From an uncultured Geobacteraceae bacterium (GTDB lineage Bacteria; Desulfobacterota; Desulfuromonadia; Desulfuromonadales; BM103): a stretch of DNA of 64,000 nucleotides. The stretch spans positions 85 through 64,084 of the forward strand of contig CAZRTZ010000003.1 of the NCBI GenBank assembly GCA_964603155.1, in the 5' to 3' direction. A program made the position numbers and the translations under genes. The notes beneath the pieces are model-generated. The model did not search any database. It saw nothing but the letters and a program-made list of their open reading frames with translations, and was not told where the DNA came from. Of the stretch, positions 10,403 through 20,345 are shown one piece after another; position 1 is the stretch's first letter; every line of letters begins with the position of its first letter.

Positions 10403-10465
10403 TTGACTTTTCTGCAAATCACGCAAGGCTTGCGCAATCGCCACGACCGGCTATACTCAAGCTCC

Positions 10466-10606
10466 ATGAAGAGAATCATGGTCGCAGCCAGCATATTCTT
10501 CCTCGGCCTGTTCATCGTCGGCTATTTTTTCCATATCGACATCCTGAGACTGGCCGGGGGATTCGGCCAGATGCTCGTCGACATGTTCACGGCGACCCGA
10601 CCGTAG
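10466..10606 (+). CDS. Possible small (46 aa) membrane protein
   Basis: MKRIMVAASIFFLGLFIVGYFFHIDILRLAGGFGQMLVDMFTATRP. One clear hydrophobic helix, only ORF in a 288-nt gap, no recognisable family, weak RBS. Confidence 0.3.
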   Translation: MKRIMVAASIFFLGLFIVGYFFHIDILRLAGGFGQMLVDMFTATRP

Positions 10607-10611
10607 CCACG

Positions 10612-11316
10612 CTAAAGTCCGAGATAGGCCCTCTTCACCGCCTCATCGTTCAGCAGGCGTTCCGCCGTATCATCCAGCACGATTCTGCCATTTTCCATGA
10701 CATAACCGCGATGAGCGATCTTGAGCGCCTGGTTGGCGTTCTGCTCGACGAGAAAGACCGTGGTCCCCTCTTCGTTGATGCGGCGAATGATGTCGAAGAT
10801 CTGGCGGATAATCAGCGGGGCCAATCCCAGAGAAGGCTCGTCGAGCAACAGCAGCCGCGGACGGGACATCAACGCCCGGGAGATCGCCAGCATCTGCTGC
10901 TCGCCGCCGGAGAGTGTCCCACCCAACTGCAGACGACGCCTGGCCAGGATCGGGAAGAGTTCCATGACATGCTCGAGATCGCGCTTGATCCCGGCGCTGT
11001 CGCGCCGCAGGTAGGCCCCCATCTCGAGGTTTTCCAGCACGCTCATCTGCGGGAAGATGTGCCGCCCCTCCGGTACCTGGACGATACCGAGCCGCACAAT
11101 GCGCTCGGCGCTGAAGCGGTGAATCGGCTCCCCTTCGAAGAGAATTTCGCCGGCGCGCGGCGGGTTTACTCCGCAGATCGACATCAGGGTGGTGCTTTTG
11201 CCGGCACCGTTGGCACCGATCAGGGTGACGACCTCCCCCCGGTTGATGGTCAGGGAAACGTCCTTGAGCGCCTGGATGTTGCCATAACAGGTCTGGATGC
11301 CGCGAACCTCAAGCAT
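10612..11316 (-). CDS. livF: Branched-chain amino acid ABC transporter ATP-binding protein LivF
   Basis: 234 aa. [26 protein letters not shown]. Confidence 0.9.
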   Translation of the reverse strand: MLEVRGIQTCYGNIQALKDVSLTINRGEVVTLIGANGAGKSTTLMSICGVNPPRAGEILFEGEPIHRFSAERIVRLGIVQVPEGRHIFPQMSVLENLEMGAYLRRDSAGIKRDLEHVMELFPILARRRLQLGGTLSGGEQQMLAISRALMSRPRLLLLDEPSLGLAPLIIRQIFDIIRRINEEGTTVFLVEQNANQALKIAHRGYVMENGRIVLDDTAERLLNDEAVKRAYLGL

Positions 11317-12115
11317 GGGCGTCCTCGCCGAGATAGGCCTCGATCACCCGGGGATTCCCCTTGATCTCCTCTGGAGTCCCCGTGGCGATCTCCTTGCCGT
11401 ATTCCATGACGTAGATCCGGTCGGAGATGTTCATCACCAGTTTCATGTCGTGCTCGATCAGCAGAATCGCCAGGCGCTCCTCATCGCGAATGCGCACGAT
11501 CAGTTCGTCGAGTTCCCGGGTCTCCTGCGGGTTCATCCCGGCGGCCGGCTCATCGAGGAGCAACAGGAACGGCTCGGTCGCCAGAGCCCGGGCGATCTCC
11601 AGGCGGCGCTGCGCGCCGTAGGAAAGGTTGCGCGCGAAATCATCAGCAGCATCCGCCAGCCCGACCCGCTCCAGCAGGCAATAGCTGGTGTCGACCGTTT
11701 CCTGCTCCTCGCGGGCAGTAGCGGGGCCGCGCACGATCGCATCGACGATCGAGGCTTTGGTGCGGCAGTGGCGGCCGATCATGACATTCTCCAGCACAGT
11801 CATGCCCGGAAAGAGGCGGATATTCTGGAAGGTCCGGGCCATCCCCAAAGCGGTGATCCGGTTGGGCTTGAGGCCGTTGATGCGGAGCGGCTTGCCGCCG
11901 GGGGGGCAGATCGAGACATCGCCGGCCGTCGGAGTGTAGATGCCGGTCACGCAGTTGAAAAAAGTGGTCTTGCCGGCGCCGTTGGGGCCGATCAGGGCAA
12001 CGATCTCCCCGGTACGGATTTCGAGGTTGACGCTGTCGATGGCACGCAGGCCACCGAAGTCCATGGTCAAACCGCTGACATCGAGAAGTTTGGCTTGCTC
12101 AGTCACGATCGCCAC
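11309..12115 (-). CDS. livG: Branched-chain amino acid ABC transporter ATP-binding protein LivG
   Basis: 268 aa. [34 protein letters not shown]. Confidence 0.9.
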   Translation of the reverse strand: MAIVTEQAKLLDVSGLTMDFGGLRAIDSVNLEIRTGEIVALIGPNGAGKTTFFNCVTGIYTPTAGDVSICPPGGKPLRINGLKPNRITALGMARTFQNIRLFPGMTVLENVMIGRHCRTKASIVDAIVRGPATAREEQETVDTSYCLLERVGLADAADDFARNLSYGAQRRLEIARALATEPFLLLLDEPAAGMNPQETRELDELIVRIRDEERLAILLIEHDMKLVMNISDRIYVMEYGKEIATGTPEEIKGNPRVIEAYLGEDAHA

Positions 12116-13349
12116 CCCCCTTCGTGCCCGCCGCGTACCTGCGCCGCATGTTGCTGATCAATCCCTGGGGACGGAAGAGCATCATCAACACCATCACCGT
12201 GCCGAAGACCAGCATGCGGTATTCGGCAAAGGCGCGCAGGTACTCAGGAAGGAGCTTCAGCGCCAGGGCTGCAACGATCACTCCCAGAATCGAGCCCATC
12301 CCGCCGAGCACGACCATCGCCAGGATCATCGCCGAATCCATGAAGGTGAAACTGTCGGGGTTGATGAAGTTATTGTGGGCGGCAAAGACCACGCCGACCA
12401 GACCCGCCCAGAAGGCGCCGAGGGCATAGGCAGAGAGCTTGGTGGCGGCCATATCGACGCCCATGGCTACGCAGGCGATCTCATCCTCGCGCAGCGCCAT
12501 CCACGCTCGGCCGATGCGGGAGTTCTTCAGTCGCACGGTGACGAAGATGGTCAGCACCACCAGGGCCAGGATGATGTAGTAGCTGTAGACGGCCTTTTGC
12601 CGGCCATCGAGGACCAGGGCGAACAGGTCCGGCCGGGGGATGCCGGCGATCCCCGCCGCGCCGCCGAAGACCGCGTCCCAGTTTTCCAGGACGATTTTGG
12701 TGATCGAGCCGAAGCCGAGGGTGACGATCGCCAGATAGTCGCCGCGCAGGCGCAGGATCGGGAAACCGAGAGCGAGACCGAAGAGCATCCCCGCCACGCC
12801 ACCCAGCGGCAGGCAGGTCCAGAAGCCGAGGCCGAACGCCTTGCTGAGCAGGGCGTAGGTGTAAGCGCCGACCGCAAAGAAGGCGATGTAGCCGAGGTCG
12901 AGCAGACCGGCCAGACCGACGGTGATATTCAGGCCGAGCGCCAGCACGACAAAGATCAGGGCACTGACCATGACGTTGACATGGTAGAAATTCTGCGCCG
13001 TGGAAACCAGCCAGGGGAAGGCCGCCGCCAGCAGTGCCGCCCCGACCAGCAGTCGCCGGCACAGAACCCGGTTGTCGAGCAGCGTCTGCAGGGTCGCCCG
13101 GGGGACCATCCCCTCTTCCTCGTCCTGAGTGACGCTCCGGTCACGCTGCCGGTCACGCCAGCGTAGCGACAACTGCCAGGCCAGCGCCAGCAGCGCCGTG
13201 ACCCCGGCAATCCAGCCCAGATTTTCCCAGCGCCACTCAATCTCGTTATTGAGGGTGTTGACCCGCACCACCAGCAGCGGCAGGGTCAGGAAGACGAACC
13301 AAAGGGCGATTCCGACGGCATTTTTGAGGGAGGTCAGCATCTCGCGCAT
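12099..13349 (-). CDS. livM: Branched-chain amino acid ABC transporter permease LivM
   Basis: 416 aa polytopic membrane protein with a LivM-like core (GLLDLGYIAFFAVGAY). Confidence 0.88.
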   Translation of the reverse strand: MREMLTSLKNAVGIALWFVFLTLPLLVVRVNTLNNEIEWRWENLGWIAGVTALLALAWQLSLRWRDRQRDRSVTQDEEEGMVPRATLQTLLDNRVLCRRLLVGAALLAAAFPWLVSTAQNFYHVNVMVSALIFVVLALGLNITVGLAGLLDLGYIAFFAVGAYTYALLSKAFGLGFWTCLPLGGVAGMLFGLALGFPILRLRGDYLAIVTLGFGSITKIVLENWDAVFGGAAGIAGIPRPDLFALVLDGRQKAVYSYYIILALVVLTIFVTVRLKNSRIGRAWMALREDEIACVAMGVDMAATKLSAYALGAFWAGLVGVVFAAHNNFINPDSFTFMDSAMILAMVVLGGMGSILGVIVAALALKLLPEYLRAFAEYRMLVFGTVMVLMMLFRPQGLISNMRRRYAAGTKGGGDRD

Positions 13350-13359
13350 GGTCGCCCCC

Positions 13360-14268
13360 CTACACCTTCTGCCGCACGGCCTTGCCGAGCAGTCCGGCCG
13401 GGCGCACGATCAGGATCAATACCAGCAGACCGAAAGCGAAGACATCCTCGTAGGCACTGGAGATGTAACCGGCGCCAAGGGTTTCCGCCACACCGAGGAC
13501 GATGCCGCCGAGCACGGCGCCGGGGATGTTGCCGATCCCGCCGAGGACCGCCGCAGTGAAGGCCTTGATGCCGGCCATGAAACCGATGGCGGCATTGATC
13601 TGGCCGGTGCGCGAACCGATGAGCACCCCGCCGATGGCGGCCAGGACCGAGCCGATGATAAAGGTCGCCGAAATCACCCGGTCGACATTGATACCGACCA
13701 GGCGCGCCATGACCATATCCTGCTGGGTCGCGCGCATCGCCTTGCCGATTCGGGTGTACTTGATGAGCACGGTCAGGGCCAGCATGGTCACAACCGTCAC
13801 CACCAGGATGATCAGATCGATGGAGCTGAGGTAGCGGGCGACCGGCTCCAGGAACTCGAAGTCCGGAACCAGCGCCGGGAACGGCAGGAAATCCGGGGTC
13901 TGCGCCAGCTGCACGTAGTTCATCAAGAAGATCGAGGCCCCGATGGCGCTGATCAAAGGCGACAGGCGCGGAGCGTTGCGCAGCGGGCGGTAGGCGATCC
14001 GCTCCAGCGTGTAGCCGTAGGCGGCGGCGTAAAGCATGGCGACCAGGGCCGCCAGCACCAGAACCGACAGCCCGCCGTGCCCGGCCATGGTCAGCACTCC
14101 GGCGACGATGAAGGCGACGAAAGCGCTGATCATGTAGATTTCGCCATGAGCGAAGTTGATCAGCTGAATGATGCCGTAGACCATGGTGTAGCCGAGGGCG
14201 ATCAGGGCGTAGATGCTCCCCTTGATCACCCCCCCGGCAAGCAGTTCGAACAGATATTCGTAATCCAT
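13360..14268 (-). CDS. livH: Branched-chain amino acid ABC transporter permease LivH
   Basis: Start moved to internal ATG (MDYEYLFELLAGGVIKGSIYALIALGYTMVYG), giving 302 aa. The ORF-track start adds 26 non-conserved residues. Confidence 0.88.
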   Translation of the reverse strand: MDYEYLFELLAGGVIKGSIYALIALGYTMVYGIIQLINFAHGEIYMISAFVAFIVAGVLTMAGHGGLSVLVLAALVAMLYAAAYGYTLERIAYRPLRNAPRLSPLISAIGASIFLMNYVQLAQTPDFLPFPALVPDFEFLEPVARYLSSIDLIILVVTVVTMLALTVLIKYTRIGKAMRATQQDMVMARLVGINVDRVISATFIIGSVLAAIGGVLIGSRTGQINAAIGFMAGIKAFTAAVLGGIGNIPGAVLGGIVLGVAETLGAGYISSAYEDVFAFGLLVLILIVRPAGLLGKAVRQKV

Positions 14269-14300
14269 TGTTTGACCGACGGCCGAAAAGAAGGTCGCGC

Positions 14301-14335
14301 AAAAAACCGGGAGACAGGCACCTGCCTGCTCCCGG
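14301..14335 (-). terminator. Intercistronic terminator or attenuator between livK and livH
   Basis: Minus strand reads CCGGGAGCAGGCA-GG-TGCCTGTCTCCCGG followed by TTTTTT. Confidence 0.5.
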
Positions 14336-14364
14336 TCATTATACATGGTAGCAATCGCTTGTGT

Positions 14365-15504
14365 TTATTTTGCCTCGACGAAAGCGCCGTTTTTCACCTG
14401 GTAGACCGAGAAACCGACCCCTTCGGCATCCCCCCTGGCATCGAACTTGATCTTGCCGACCGGGGTCTCGACCGGGCTCGACTTGAGGGCCTTGCCCAGC
14501 GCCTCATAGTTGGTGCCGTTGACGACCTTGACGGCGTTGAGCGCGGCCAGGATGGCGGCATAGCCCTGGTCGAAGAAGGTGCCGGGCTCCTTGCCGTACC
14601 TGGCTTTGTAGTCGTTGCGGGCCTTGGCGTTCAGGGCATACCGGGAGACATCCATCGGGCCGGTGGCGTAGACACCTTCAGCATCCTTGCCGGCAATCTT
14701 GAGGAAGCCGTCACCCTTGATCCCGTCCGGACCGATGAACGGCACCTTGATCTGCTTCTTGTTCATCTGCGCCAGCAGCTTGGACGCTTCCGGGTGGTAG
14801 CCGCCGAAGATCACCGCCTCGGCGCCTTCCTTGCGGATCTTCTGGATCACCGCCGAGTAGTCCATGGCGCCCGGCTGGATCCCCTCATACATCACCACCT
14901 GGGCCTTCCCACTCTTCTCGACCGCTTCCTTGGAGAAGTCGGCGAAGCCCTTGCCGTAATCACCCTTGTCGTGAATCACCGCGACCTTTTTGGCGCCGAG
15001 TTTGCCGGTCACGAACGCCGCGGCGATTTTCCCCTGCTCGTCATCGGCAGCGATGGTGCGGAAGAAGTTGGGGTAGTCGCCACTCTTGGTCAGCGGCGGG
15101 TTGGTGGCCGACGGGCTGATGGCAATGACCTTGGCATCCTTGTAGATGCCGAGCGCTGCCTTGGTCGCACCGGAGCAGACGTGGCCGATGACCACGTTGA
15201 CCCCCTGCGAGACCAGCTTGGCAGCAACGTTGGTGGCGATCTCCGGCTTGCACTGGTCATCGACGACCATCAGTTCGACCTGCTTGCCGTTGATGCCGCC
15301 CTTGGCATTGAGGTCGGCGACAATCATTTCGGCGGCGTCCCTGGTCGGCAGACCGTACGGGGCAAGATCGCCGGTATGGGGGCCGGCAATGCCGAGTTTG
15401 ATCGTGTCAGCGGCCAGGGAAGACAGAGGAAGCAAAAGACATGAGGCTGCAACCAGCAAGCCAGCCACACCCGACATTCCGACAACTGTTCCACCTCTTA
15501 GCAT
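14365..15504 (-). CDS. livK: Leu/Ile/Val-type periplasmic binding protein LivK
   Basis: 379 aa. Signal peptide ...[25 protein letters not shown], type-I PBP sequence. Confidence 0.88.
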   Translation of the reverse strand: MLRGGTVVGMSGVAGLLVAASCLLLPLSSLAADTIKLGIAGPHTGDLAPYGLPTRDAAEMIVADLNAKGGINGKQVELMVVDDQCKPEIATNVAAKLVSQGVNVVIGHVCSGATKAALGIYKDAKVIAISPSATNPPLTKSGDYPNFFRTIAADDEQGKIAAAFVTGKLGAKKVAVIHDKGDYGKGFADFSKEAVEKSGKAQVVMYEGIQPGAMDYSAVIQKIRKEGAEAVIFGGYHPEASKLLAQMNKKQIKVPFIGPDGIKGDGFLKIAGKDAEGVYATGPMDVSRYALNAKARNDYKARYGKEPGTFFDQGYAAILAALNAVKVVNGTNYEALGKALKSSPVETPVGKIKFDARGDAEGVGFSVYQVKNGAFVEAK

Positions 15505-15511
15505 AATGACT

Positions 15512-15540
15512 CTCCTCTCTCCTCACGGATCACGGACCAC
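15512..15540 (-). repeat. Degenerate heptanucleotide repeat forming the livK 5' leader and RBS
   Basis: Minus strand reads GTGGTCC GTGATCC GTGAGGA GAGAGGA G, followed by tcattATG. Confidence 0.7.
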
Positions 15541-15546
15541 AAAAAC

Positions 15547-15575
15547 CTTATAATTGACCACCCGACAACGGTCAA
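15547..15575 (-). promoter_or_regulatory. Sigma-70-type promoter of the liv operon
   Basis: Minus strand has TTGACC, a 17-nt spacer and TATAAG. Confidence 0.45.
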
Positions 15576-15584
15576 GCCACCCCT

Positions 15585-15612
15585 TGCCAAAACCCGGCCG
15601 CTTGTGGATACT
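15585..15612 (+). promoter_or_regulatory. Sigma-70-type promoter of the AIM24-family gene
   Basis: TTGCCA, a 16-nt spacer and GATACT, about 40 nt before the ATG at 15652. Confidence 0.35.
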
Positions 15613-15651
15613 CACGTCACTATCAAACCGAACATAACAGGAGGATTAACG

Positions 15652-16443
15652 ATGAGATGCCACGAAGTCGATTACGAGATTGTCGGCGACGACATGCAGA
15701 TGGTGCTGGTCGAACTCGACCCGCAGGAGACAGTGATCGCCGAAGCCGGGGCGATGAATTTCATGGAGGAGGATATCCACTTCGAAACCCGCATGGGCGA
15801 CGGCTCGGAAGGAGAGCAGGGATTGATGGGCAAGCTCTTCTCCGCCGGCAAGCGGGCGCTCACCGGCGAATCGATCTTCATGACCCATTTCACCAACCAG
15901 TCGCGCCAGCAAAAACGCAAGGTCGCCTTCGCCGCGCCGTTCCCGGGGAAGATCATCCCCCTCGATCTCGGCAAGATGCGCGGCGAGATTCTCTGCGAAA
16001 AGGACGCCTTCCTCTGTGCGGCCTTGGGGACGAACGTGAGCATTGCCTTCCAGCGCAAGCTCGGCGCCGGCTTCTTCGGCGGTGAGGGTTTCATCCTCCA
16101 GCGCCTGCGCGGCGACGGCATGGTCTTCATCCACGCCTGCGGCACCATCATCGAACGCGAGCTCAAGGGGGAGACGCTGCGGGTCGACACCGGCTGCCTG
16201 GTCGCCTTCGAGCCGACGGTGAACTACGACATCCAGCGCGCCGGCAATCTCAAGAGCATGTTTTTCGGTGGCGAGGGGTTGTTCCTGGCGACGTTAAGCG
16301 GCTACGGCAAGGTCTGGCTGCAGAGCCTCCCCTTCTCGCGCCTGGCCGACCGCATCATCGCCCACGCCCCGAGCAGCGGCGGCAGCGCCCAGGGGGAGGG
16401 CTCGGTCCTCGGCGGCCTGGGGCGGATGCTCGACGGCGACTGA
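15652..16443 (+). CDS. AIM24 / TIGR00266-family protein (DUF124), function unknown
   Basis: Start at [24 protein letters not shown], preceded by AGGAGG. Family-typical [13 protein letters not shown] and [15 protein letters not shown] motifs. Confidence 0.8.
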   Translation: MRCHEVDYEIVGDDMQMVLVELDPQETVIAEAGAMNFMEEDIHFETRMGDGSEGEQGLMGKLFSAGKRALTGESIFMTHFTNQSRQQKRKVAFAAPFPGKIIPLDLGKMRGEILCEKDAFLCAALGTNVSIAFQRKLGAGFFGGEGFILQRLRGDGMVFIHACGTIIERELKGETLRVDTGCLVAFEPTVNYDIQRAGNLKSMFFGGEGLFLATLSGYGKVWLQSLPFSRLADRIIAHAPSSGGSAQGEGSVLGGLGRMLDGD

Positions 16444-16465
16444 TCCGGTCCGGTTGGTTCACAAC

Positions 16466-16499
16466 AAACGGCAGCCTCCCTGACTGGAGGCTGCCGTTT
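16466..16499. terminator. Bidirectional terminator between convergent AIM24 and paaK-like genes
   Basis: 14-bp stem AAACGGCAGCCTCC/GGAGGCTGCCGTTT with a 6-nt loop; T-rich on both sides. Confidence 0.6.
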
Positions 16500-16560
16500 T
16501 GCTTGCCACACTCTGACAAAAAAAGTCGTGAGGGAGACAGACGGCCTCCGCAATAGCTTG

Positions 16561-17865
16561 TTAAACGTTTTTGCGCCGGTCGATGACCCGCTGCGCCTTC
16601 CCTTCGTGGCGCGGCATCGACGCCGGCTCGACCAGCTTGACCCTGGCGCCGACGTTCAGGGTCGAGGCCAGCTTCTTCTCGACCATCTCGACAAAGGCCC
16701 GCTGCTTCTTCATCTCGTCGAAGAAGATCGTCTCGTTGACCTCGACCTGCACCTCCAGAGTATCGACGTTGTTGACCCGGTCGATGACCAGCTGATAGTG
16801 CGGCTCGCACCCCTCCACCTGGAAGAGCACCTCCTCGATCTGCGAGGGGAAGACGTTGACCCCCTTGATGATCAGCATGTCGTCCGAGCGGCCGCGCGGC
16901 TTCTCCATGCGCACCATCGTCCTGCCGCAGCGACATGGCTCGTAGATGAGGCGGGTGATGTCGCGGGTGCGGTAGCGGATCACCGGCAGCGCCTCCTTGG
17001 TCAGGGTGGTCAGCACCAGTTCGCCGATCGATCCCGGCGGCAGAACTTCGCCGGTCTCCGGATCGATGGTCTCGGGGAGGAAGTGATCCTCGAAGATGTG
17101 CATCCCGCAGCGGTGGATGCACTCGCCGGCGACTCCCGGCCCCATCACTTCGGAAAGGCCGTAGTTGTCGGTGGCGATGATCCCCAGGCGCTGTTCGATC
17201 TCGCGGCGCATCTCCTCGGACCACGGCTCCCCGCCGAACAGGCCGACCCGCAAGGTCAGGGTCTTCGGATCGATCCCCGACTTTTCCATGCGCTCGGCCA
17301 GGGTCAGGGCATAACTCGGCGTACCGACCAGGGCGGTGGTCCGGTAGTCCTGCATGATCATGATCTGCTTTTCGGTATTGCCGCCCCCCATCGGGATGAC
17401 CGAGGCCCCGATCTGCTCGGCACCGTAGTGCAGGCCGAAGGCGCCGGTGAACAGCCCGTAGCCGAAGGTGATCTGAACCACGTCGTCATGGGTTACCCCG
17501 GCTGCCGTCAGCAGGCGGGCGACCAGTTGCGACCAGGTTTTAATGTCGTTGCGGGTGTATCCGACCACTGTCGGCTTGCCGGTGGTTCCGGAAGAAGAAT
17601 GGATGCGTACCACTTCACGCAGGGGAACGGCGAACATCCCGTAAGGGTAGTTGAGGCGCAGGTCGTCCTTGGCGGTGAATGGCAGACGGCTCAGATCGCC
17701 AAGCGACTGGATGTCTTCAGGGATGATGCCCATCTCGTCGAACTTGCGACGATAACAGGTGACATTTTTGTAGGCCCGGTTGAGCGTAGCCTGCAAGCGT
17801 TCCAACTGGAGCTGCTCCAACTCTTCGCGCAACATGCATTCGTTGGTCTGATCCCAGATATTCAT
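16561..17865 (-). CDS. Phenylacetate-CoA ligase family protein (PaaK-like), copy 2
   Basis: Start at [25 protein letters not shown], 434 aa. [14 protein letters not shown] motif and PaaK-type C-terminus. The ORF-track start adds 40 Arg/Ser-rich residues overlapping livF-like. Confidence 0.88.
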   Translation of the reverse strand: MNIWDQTNECMLREELEQLQLERLQATLNRAYKNVTCYRRKFDEMGIIPEDIQSLGDLSRLPFTAKDDLRLNYPYGMFAVPLREVVRIHSSSGTTGKPTVVGYTRNDIKTWSQLVARLLTAAGVTHDDVVQITFGYGLFTGAFGLHYGAEQIGASVIPMGGGNTEKQIMIMQDYRTTALVGTPSYALTLAERMEKSGIDPKTLTLRVGLFGGEPWSEEMRREIEQRLGIIATDNYGLSEVMGPGVAGECIHRCGMHIFEDHFLPETIDPETGEVLPPGSIGELVLTTLTKEALPVIRYRTRDITRLIYEPCRCGRTMVRMEKPRGRSDDMLIIKGVNVFPSQIEEVLFQVEGCEPHYQLVIDRVNNVDTLEVQVEVNETIFFDEMKKQRAFVEMVEKKLASTLNVGARVKLVEPASMPRHEGKAQRVIDRRKNV

Positions 17866-17869
17866 ATCG

Positions 17870-18613
17870 CTAACGCTCCCAGATCTCCTTCTTGTCCTTG
17901 CCAAGATAAGCGCGCTGCACCTCGCGGTTCTCCAGCAACTCGGCGGCGCTTTCCTCAAGGATGACTTTGCCGGTCTCCAGTACATAGCCGCGGTCGGCCA
18001 GTTTCAGTGCAGCTTTGGCGTTCTGCTCAACCAGCAGCACCGTAGTCCCGTGTTCGCGGACCAACTCGGCGATGACCGCAAAGATTTCCTGCACCACCAA
18101 CGGTGCCAATCCCATGGACGGCTCATCAAGCAGCAACAGTTTTGGTCTTGCCATCAGAGCCCGGCCGATGGCCAGCATCTGCTGTTCCCCGCCGGAAAGA
18201 GTGCCGGCCAGTTGCCGCCGGCGCTCGAGCAGGCGCGGAAAGAGCTGGTAAATCTCGTCAAGGCTGCTACGAATTTTCGTCCGTCCTTCGCGACGGCGAT
18301 AGCGCAGGTAAGCGCCGAGTTCCAGGTTGTCCTCGACGGTCAGCGGCTTGAACACCTGCCGACCTTCGGGCACCTGGGAGATTCCCATATCGACGATCTT
18401 TTCCGGCGACAGCGCATGGATCGCCGTCCCCTCGAAAAGGATCTCGCCGCTGCGTACCGGCGTCACCGCCGACAGTGAGTTGAGGATGGTGGTCTTCCCC
18501 GCGCCGTTCGCCCCGATCAGGGTCGCGATCTCCCCCTGCTTGAGGTGCAGGGAGACGTTCTTCAGGGCATGAACCTGGCCGTAATAGGTGTTGATGTGCC
18601 GGACCTTGAGCAT
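17870..18613 (-). CDS. ABC transporter ATP-binding protein (LivF-like)
   Basis: [41 protein letters not shown] at 18613 is preferred to GTG at 18619. Confidence 0.88.
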   Translation of the reverse strand: MLKVRHINTYYGQVHALKNVSLHLKQGEIATLIGANGAGKTTILNSLSAVTPVRSGEILFEGTAIHALSPEKIVDMGISQVPEGRQVFKPLTVEDNLELGAYLRYRRREGRTKIRSSLDEIYQLFPRLLERRRQLAGTLSGGEQQMLAIGRALMARPKLLLLDEPSMGLAPLVVQEIFAVIAELVREHGTTVLLVEQNAKAALKLADRGYVLETGKVILEESAAELLENREVQRAYLGKDKKEIWER

Positions 18614-18625
18614 CTCCACGACCGG

Positions 18626-19378
18626 CTACCCCTCCCCCAGGTAGGCCGCGATGACCTCCGGGTTCTCCTGGATCTGGCGCGGTGTCCCTTCCGCCAGCTT
18701 TTTGCCGAGGTTGAGCACCACGATGGCATCGCAGATATCCATCACCAGTTCCATATCGTGCTCGACCAGCACCACCGTTACCCCGTTTTCACGGATTTTG
18801 CGGATCAGTTCACCGAGTTGCCAGGTCTCCCGGCTGTTGAGGCCGGCCGCCGGCTCATCCATCAGCATGAGGCGCGGCTGCACCGCCAGCGCCCGGGCGA
18901 TCTCCAACAGCCGCCCCTTGCCGAAAGGCAGGTTCGCCGCCACGGTGTCGGCCAGGTCGGGAATGCCGACGAATTCCAGCAGTTCAAAGGCCTGACTGCG
19001 GATGCGCTTCTCCTCGGCCAGATGATGCGGCAGCTTGCAGGCGCAGGAGAGAAAGCCGCTGCGGCTGCGGGTGTGCAGCCCGACCATGACGTTTTCCAGC
19101 ACGGTCATCTGCCCGAACAGTTCGATATTCTGGAAAGTGCGCACCAGACCGAGGCGCGCCAGGCGCTCCGGCGGTAGGCCACTGATATCGCAGTCGTCGA
19201 GGACAATCCGCCCGGCGGTACGGGTGTAGATGCCTGTGACGATATTGAACAGGGTGGTCTTGCCGGCCCCGTTCGGACCAATGACGCCGGTGATCTCGCC
19301 GGCACGCGCGGTGAAGGAAACTTCATCGAGCGCCGTCAGGCCGCCGAAAACGCAGGTGACGCCGTGGACTTCAAGCAT
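18626..19378 (-). CDS. ABC transporter ATP-binding protein (LivG-like)
   Basis: Start at [22 protein letters not shown] and [12 protein letters not shown]. Confidence 0.88.
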   Translation of the reverse strand: MLEVHGVTCVFGGLTALDEVSFTARAGEITGVIGPNGAGKTTLFNIVTGIYTRTAGRIVLDDCDISGLPPERLARLGLVRTFQNIELFGQMTVLENVMVGLHTRSRSGFLSCACKLPHHLAEEKRIRSQAFELLEFVGIPDLADTVAANLPFGKGRLLEIARALAVQPRLMLMDEPAAGLNSRETWQLGELIRKIRENGVTVVLVEHDMELVMDICDAIVVLNLGKKLAEGTPRQIQENPEVIAAYLGEG

Positions 19379-19379
19379 C

Positions 19380-20336
19380 CTACCCCGCCTTCCCCGGCCA
19401 CAGCTGCCGCAGCCACCGCCAGACGATTTCACCGCCCTGCACCAGCCCTCCCGGCAGGAACATGGTCATCAGGATCAGCAGCAAGCCGTAAACGACGATG
19501 TCGTAATCCTGGAAGGTGCGCAGAAATTCCGGCAGCAGCGTGAGCAGCGCGGCACCAAGACAGGAGCCGTAAATGCTCCCCAGCCCGCCGATGATCACCA
19601 TGGTCAGCAGTTCCACCGAGAAGTGAAAGCCGAAGGTGCTCGGCGAGATGAAGGTCACGGTATGAGCATAGAGGCTGCCGGCGACACAGGAAATCACCGC
19701 TGAGCAGGTGAAAACCTGCACCTTGAGCAGGCGAGCGTTGACGCCGAGCACCCGCGCGGCCACTTCCGAATCGTGAATGGCGCGCAATGCCCGGCCGATA
19801 CGTGACTGGGTCAGGTTCACGGCCAGCAGGATGACCAGCAGGGCCATCCCCCAGATCAGGTAATAGCTCTTCAGATCGGAATCGAAGCGCAGATCACCGA
19901 TCTGCATCCCGGGGATACCGGGGAAGCCGGAAGGCCCCCCGGTTACGTCGACATATTCATTGAAGACGATAAAGACGATGATGCCGAAGCCCAGGGTAGC
20001 CATCGCCAGATAATGCCCCTTGAGCTTGAGGATCGGAAGGCCGATGACGAACGCCAGCAGGCCGACAGCAACCGCGGCCGCGCACAGAGCCGTCCACGGG
20101 TTCCAGCCGTGGGTGGTGGTCAACACGCCGGACAGATAGGCGCCGAGGCCGTAGAAAGCCGCCTGGCCGAGAGAAATCTGCCCGGCGAAGCCGAGCAGCA
20201 GATTGAGCGCCACGGCCAGCATGGTGTTGATGCCGACAAACACCAGTACGTTGAGCAGGTAGCCGCCCTTGACCAAGGCAGGCACAGTCAGGACGAGGGC
20301 GGAAAATAGCGCGAATTTAAGCAGTTCCCGGCGCAT
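19380..20336 (-). CDS. ABC transporter permease (LivM-like)
   Basis: 318 aa polytopic membrane protein with [19 protein letters not shown]. Confidence 0.85.
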   Translation of the reverse strand: MRRELLKFALFSALVLTVPALVKGGYLLNVLVFVGINTMLAVALNLLLGFAGQISLGQAAFYGLGAYLSGVLTTTHGWNPWTALCAAAVAVGLLAFVIGLPILKLKGHYLAMATLGFGIIVFIVFNEYVDVTGGPSGFPGIPGMQIGDLRFDSDLKSYYLIWGMALLVILLAVNLTQSRIGRALRAIHDSEVAARVLGVNARLLKVQVFTCSAVISCVAGSLYAHTVTFISPSTFGFHFSVELLTMVIIGGLGSIYGSCLGAALLTLLPEFLRTFQDYDIVVYGLLLILMTMFLPGGLVQGGEIVWRWLRQLWPGKAG

Positions 20337-20345
20337 ACTGAAAAC

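Noticed and set aside
13129-15444. Very long plus-strand ORF (771 aa) and similar long antisense ORFs (e.g. 2568-4025, 7461-9278, 16528-17964, 30288-31841, 36729-38396, 39591-40862)
   Set aside because: They lie exactly antisense to genes with unmistakable conserved products (liv, asd, paaK, accC, pilQ and others). Their translations are Arg/Gly/Asp/His/Pro-rich with no motifs. Long shadow ORFs are expected in high-GC DNA because stop codons are rare.
17866-17985. Upstream extensions of several ORF-track calls. Examples: paaK-like to 17985, paaK-like to 25476, livH to 14346, aroQ to 33957, mqnA-like to 29616, ATPase to 53685, methyltransferase to 62590.
   Set aside because: The extensions overlap the preceding gene, are compositionally atypical, and remove the match to the conserved family N-terminus. 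Internal starts restore compact spacing or 1-4 nt overlaps typical of this operon-dense region.
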